Positions 63,201-64,000 of a stretch of DNA of 64,000 nucleotides are shown here, in pieces; the stretch's first letter is position 1; each line of letters opens with the position of its first letter. The notes beneath the pieces were generated by a model. That model did no database searches. It worked only from the letters and a program-made list of their open reading frames with translations, and had not been told where the DNA came from. Position numbers and translations under genes: made by a program. Origin of the DNA: Candidatus Nomurabacteria bacterium (GTDB lineage: Bacteria; Patescibacteriota; Minisyncoccia; Phycocordibacterales; UBA918); assembly GCA_020632155.1 (NCBI GenBank), contig JACKGE010000002.1:91685-155684 (forward strand), given 5' to 3'.

Positions 63201-64000
63201 GCTTGGATCGTCACCGCTTGTCGCGAGACAAAATCAGTATCACTATACCAATCGGTAGATCCAGGGTCGCCAGGAGCGTACGTGCGGTCATCTGGTACAA
63301 AGATCACGTGACTGGTCTGTGGTGAGAAGGTATGGTTGTTGGTCCAGTCACCACCAACGGAAATGGTGTGGGTGCCGCCGCCAGAAAGTGTGTCATCCGC
63401 GCCAATAGTGACGTCATACGCTTCAACATCAGTAGTAATGACTACGTTTTTAACCGAACCATTTACCACTACATCACCGATATTTTGTTTAACAGCGTTA
63501 TTATCCGTCCACTGGGCGTTTGCAGTACCATCAAAGGTAGTGGTACCCGTACCGCTCCAGTAGCCACTGGCGCCGGTTGTGAGATGGCGGGCGACGGTAA
63601 TACTAGAAGATGATCGATCAAAAGTTCCATACGTTACAAACAGATCGCCGTTAACATCAACTGCATCAAACGTCTTCCAAGTAGCTGTACCACTGCCCTC
63701 GCCAAACGTGAGACTACCAAACGACAGCAGGCCTCCGGCGTCATCAATGGTTTCGCTGGTGCTGGTGGCAGTGAATATGACTGGGCTAGCGGTCGAGACA
63801 AAAGTGCTGTTGTTCTGCCACGAACCAGAAACACGGATAGTATTACTGTCAGAATCAATATAGCCATCGTTTACAATATCGTGAACAGTGACATTTCCAC
63901 TACCACTTGCATCAGGTACATACACGTTACCAGCGCCGATGTATAGACTATTGTCAGCACAACTACCAACCGCACACAGTGTGAGATCATTATTGCCATC
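51227..64000 (-). CDS. giant secreted multi-module protein (at least 4250 aa; N-terminus lies beyond the window end): beta-helix-like repeats, three DUF2341/LamG-like jelly-roll units, other duplicated modules, and a conserved C-terminal module
   Basis: The ORF track gives 51227-63925 using a GTG, but the frame stays open to position 64000, so the gene is truncated by the window. Three internal units resemble DUF2341/LamG pairs (SDLTNFPVYLDLSTLGSGFWSNVNTDGGDIRMTTGDGQTEVP...; SSLTNFPVYVDLSTLGSSFWSEVRTDGGDIRITTSDGQTEVP...; RLRNNDNTTYATTSVLVTVPYDADMQADFDDLRFTDSSGTPVSYW...), assigned from memory. A ~180-aa module is triplicated (WSY[AL]TDFDG[AT]D...IQWDDS), as are G/T/S-rich beta-helix-like stretches. 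The C-terminus ends ...EVYWGIAIPFGTASNPHTGNNTFYAIGD. Confidence 0.85.
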   Translation of the reverse strand, partial: DGNNDLTLCAVGSCADNSLYIGAGNVYVPDASGSGNVTVHDIVNDGYIDSDSNTIRVSGSWQNNSTFVSTASPVIFTATSTSETIDDAGGLLSFGSLTFGEGSGTATWKTFDAVDVNGDLFVTYGTFDRSSSSITVARHLTTGASGYWSGTGTTTFDGTANAQWTDNNAVKQNIGDVVVNGSVKNVVITTDVEAYDVTIGADDTLSGGGTHTISVGGDWTNNHTFSPQTSHVIFVPDDRTYAPGDPGSTDWYSDTDFVSRQAVTIQASQIDSDLTNFPVYLDLSTLGSGFWSNVNTDGGDIRMTTGDGQTEVPIDLVAINTGTETGELHFLAPSLSSATNTTFYVYYNNNSAAGYSDSDPYGAYSVWTEYQAVYHFEADPTVEVPDASGNGKDLTPGGTGQSTTTGALGSALSLVGTATGVMYDTDWSWTSGDDLTSSGWYYQSAASNEALWAWGTTNSPDRIEFRPWYSGDNGLHYFGVTSGATYTFARVTSWHHFTTQGFAASGASNTIYEDGILRDTVTQTVAGTANSGNLQIGRQGTTGSYEGYIDELRFTMASRTEAWIDAEYVSQKTPTTFYATSSVETYDPGDSSASASHIIKTNGSSFYQLTFNDPDTDIYFTEANLTVLSDLTIATGTITLPSGITSVGGSFLNTGGTFLHNNATLQMTGSGSEVVTLLGTSLYNQLYNVTFSGSGDWTFTDSNATTSGSMVISNGDVTFPDTTLVIRGGLNVTGGGAFDANSALVRFLPNADQTIRTNGSSFNDVIFGSLAASFGWYDTSWLSRKGITVDSANISSSLTNFPVYVDLSTLGSSFWSEVRTDGGDIRITTSDGQTEVPYELVSFDPVAMTGELHFLAPSISNVSDTIFYIYHNNSTASGYAASDPYGAYAVWSEYEAVYHFEDDPSVGAVDASGHGKDLAANGTGQATTTGTMGSALDLTGTASGYLDDSDWAWSGGDNIVSSGWYYQTTSNTEGVYQWGTGATPNRISFMPWYSGSAAYFYFGRTYSYSFSHSAGWHHFFNMGEVTSGLNMYMFEDGVANGVINQTVNNPSNTGPLEVGRYTTAGSYNGYIDELRFATTTRPSAWVNAEYINQGSPTTFYATSSGFGAVDSLTLTDVSVDVIGDVSIGSVQVIGPSGNFTIAGSFLAQGLYEAGTGAVIFDSNDTGETVAAGGNVFYDLSFNNPSGGWTVTENIDAANNLDLLAANDFTASSSATVSVGGNFTNDIASVTTWTGSTLRLYGNDHTVHDKSSTGDVYDTVVVEQDADIVMWNTTIASSSVLDTGSLYLPDYGGSNGLLYIYGDYDGRGATEYWSYATDFDGTDLSASSSERAVSVYIASSSALTLPYGFNLVGDGGASTTIEAIDGAFDLTTFGSTITAQYFAFSGLGSNGWQLGGSTTTVTDIADGTFAIGTSSSAMTVAADVIDNNPAQQFFRLGFVASGTSPINVTLSGLASSYWWMRNGSGDTYGELYDNDDGDPGAIQWDDSQHSITVTGVVYADDGSTPLGAPTCDGLSPVVTVVIDGSSTTSAACSPEDGSYTVRDVSYEGDPKVTVYLDHDAYAADPSAVTLQDQDSGSGTVVSGGTVIVDRPSVSNGDILVAVFGKDDDLAIDPPAGWTEADTLGLPNNNQQFTGLWYKPVVDVTAEPTAYAFTSADTDTESYSYWIGSFSGVDLGDPFDVTPTWTTQLNTQTPAATSITTVTNGSLVIAAWYVDNDTDVTMPGGSWTTQTEDIVNGGNSLSIATRLMATAGVTGNASLSAIDATSDDTNSGQFALKRASYGGGTTSAAVVTRTPIINVVDTTPADVSLRFSSTGIGSVNAASTFIVDRPGTAQDDFLVLIIGKDDEFDISAPAGWTPGPEGVTPSGSGSTIYSRLWYRTVDDVSTEPTSYTFTSNDTSTENYSYWMGSFDGVDLRDPFDVEGSWTNHANDASPSAPSITTTVHNALAIAVWYMDGDSNINMPGGAWTTVAEDIVSGGNDLSVASRLMTTAGATGDSEITAGGTGSESHSMQFALKPDSPDTNTIGGLDLYGDRVIVRHEDDTPLTIADMTLFDATDDSDIPFVASVGAPDTLTVLAGNELYVWDGMTFAPDGDTTLLGNSTPSAYDGSLHLAPTASFEAAAGETLTIGGNYRAESGALFSPSTSLVLFNATTTGHFISASSTQNLYDVTFNGSGGEWTNAATLSVAHDVTVTDGTLTGSGNISISGGSMAGDGVVAMTGGTVTLQQTNTFGGNTPWTFASLTFGNGSLVGTTTRASTATTTVTSVLRTQSGHTLLLGSGGWNLRGNGTVVVNNGSISYDTSTVRYSGSGTVYPMNYYNLDLNAELSPQTVILGSTGINIVHNLSIGGATTTTVNANTLDPLVAVGGDMTVRANGTYIESSSNTLQLSGSYDNDGGFTVSGGLVEFVSSDAYSIAPGSASFGRVTLSGSGTGTLTENATSTGAWTLATSSNFVAQSGTTLAVGGAFTNNTGDSGTTWTGSTLSLFGGGFTVNPKGVGDSYDTVHIVSGTSAKFWDSTYSSVVTETGGGLYSMDHGGSDGLLHIYGDYMQASDSDHWSYLTDFDGADISGSPRVADVQFASGASATYTGGTLSVKGTTTATTTITNQGSGTYGLTVGGTASTTWQYVSIRNIDSTGLSFTGTPTVTTLGFTDLSADLNGASSMTVAGSVIDQNPAKNFTNNIFRLGGGVSGASNVTVSGISVSSWRFTNHSGGFDGEGNDNDSGDPGEIVWDDSAAVINISGHVYSDEGSTASGVGICNGVTQNVHLRVAGLTSYTTSCAVGTGAYSISGISFSPNDTLTVYIDNGVGSGATVSVDPISNISNMDIYEQRVIVRHENISAINIEDMAVWDSSDDGDIPFTAVDAGTDSLTLPADHKLIVWTNKSFDPGGDVTISGGGGGSSYDGALQLYNGATLTMSSSDTLSVGASFTANAGASFEAANSTVEFTSDQSGETIDVNNDSFYDIDFIGSGDWSVTDSSLTAHDLSIASGDLTLPTGTTTLSGSLNNTGGNFDASASPMIFTATSGGNVVRLGGSDLATTTFAGTGGAWTMPDTNATSTGNVTISAGSLTLPSGIYAVGGNFSNAGTVTYNNNTLDLYRATGATSLQFGGSDLGSVVVSGGSDVTVLDTSATLRGSLTLGTGTFTSAVGTLSVGGSFDATAGTFAHASGTVLFNSSGAGKNIYPGGNDFYNLVVSGTGSWTMQTDATTTNNFTLSAATAYVQQSGTTMYVGGVFTNNLGGSATTWTGSTLYLDGANAYSVNSKSLGSDQYNILSIGANSDIRLWNSSALTTTVDGSSSLYSQRHAGVNGSLFIFGDFHISTTTEYWSYATDFDGTSITPRAVTVQIAGGATTTVDGGTLNIVGGSGNATLITNQGSGTYTLGVTSGTLNANYYQFRNLDANGLDLSGTPTISNLSNGDFELAVSGGSLITLATETLNANASKIFTGMRFATTTAITGINVNLAATSSNAWRFTGHTGNLAGEDFDIDGTDDCGSIRWEDSACLLIEQTHYRWRLDDGGEGAPDSDWYDNGWTKRASVRLRNNDNTTYATTSVLVTVPYDADMQADFDDLRFTDSSGTPVSYWTERVNAGSDAEVWVSVPSLPASAYTTLYMYYGSSTVDTASDGDAVMNFIDDFEDGSLSEYSGDTGLFTVGTSFNYGGNYGLDTSGHESDRATDGVFQTGNLVAQGEVIRYRQYVDATAGAADEVCTLFGVQTPGTNNNNYGICFELYGTDRVSLVKNVIDTESSGTILASSTLTYTTGWYDVRVDWQTDDTISITVYDPTDSVAATLSVSDSSYTTGGMGFTYWGMNGGWDSYISYPRVTTDPTVYLGAEQTAGGASWAAAIDTPASAYQVGDVARLRFAVENSGLDITGQQFQLEAAPKGASPSCEAVGSGSYSAVPVLASCGSSAICMATSSTVTNNQTTTDHLSDVNGTFTTGRIVANTANKSTSIDTLQNEYTELEYVLTPTVNVADEAYCLRVTNDGTELDSYTSVAELSLQFSPTFGAVTLNGGNDIDLAIGATTTIYATATVTDLNGYADLITATSTIYRSGAGAACTADNNSCYISTAPQCSFSACAGSSCTLSCAADIYYFADPTDSGSTYDGQEWLAYLEVVDGSGNIAFGSAPGVEMLTLRALDVENSISYGSLAVNDDTGSYNATTTLVNLGNDDLDVQIVGSDLSDGSGSTIDASQQRFATSTFDYSSCVYCTNLATTSTNYEVDLGKPTAVTPPVEDEVYWGIAIPFGTASNPHTGNNTFYAIGD

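Noticed and set aside
63925-64000. GTG start of the giant gene at 63925, as given in the ORF track.
   Set aside because: The frame remains open to the window edge with no stop codon, so the true N-terminus almost certainly lies beyond 64000.

Overview
The window is a gene-dense, almost entirely minus-strand stretch of a bacterial chromosome. Only one tRNA and one small ORF are on the + strand. The protein repertoire has a monoderm or CPR-like flavour: LytR_C, DUF916/DUF3324-like anchors, cohesin and dockerin domains, and a MacB/FtsX exporter.

Positions 1-25,400 are housekeeping. They hold an F1Fo ATP synthase operon (atpB-E-F-H-A-G) with a truncated delta subunit and no atpD/atpC downstream. 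Two tRNA-Ala genes sit with a degenerate partial duplicate and unusual hairpins. The remaining housekeeping genes are a pterin-4a-carbinolamine dehydratase, ddl, uvrC, a frameshifted uvrA, a sensor histidine kinase co-transcribed with a large lysine-tailed membrane protein, uvrB, tgt, a membrane FKBP, CapA, an AI-2E transporter, NAD(P)-glutamate dehydrogenase, and a thioredoxin-fold protein whose CxxC is replaced by SxxS.

Positions 25,400-64,000 are the striking part. It is a roughly 39 kb unidirectional supercluster of secreted and surface proteins: a giant beta-helix / LamG-like protein of at least 4,250 aa that runs off the window edge, a 2,124-aa repeat protein, an FN3-repeat protein, a MacB-type ABC exporter whose ATPase has a roughly 200-aa C-terminal extension, three membrane-anchored DUF916/DUF3324-like proteins (one fused to LytR_C), and three cohesin-like and two dockerin-bearing proteins. 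The 616-aa and 4,232-aa proteins share a C-terminal module ending YWGIA(I/V)P...NTF.A; the 387-aa and 2,124-aa proteins share a related module, and none of the four has a C-terminal TM helix or LPXTG. I interpret this as a candidate, largely undescribed cell-surface assembly or attachment system.

No CRISPR arrays, IS elements, integrases or obvious defence systems were seen. All domain calls come from reading the translations and recalling family signatures, with no database searches.
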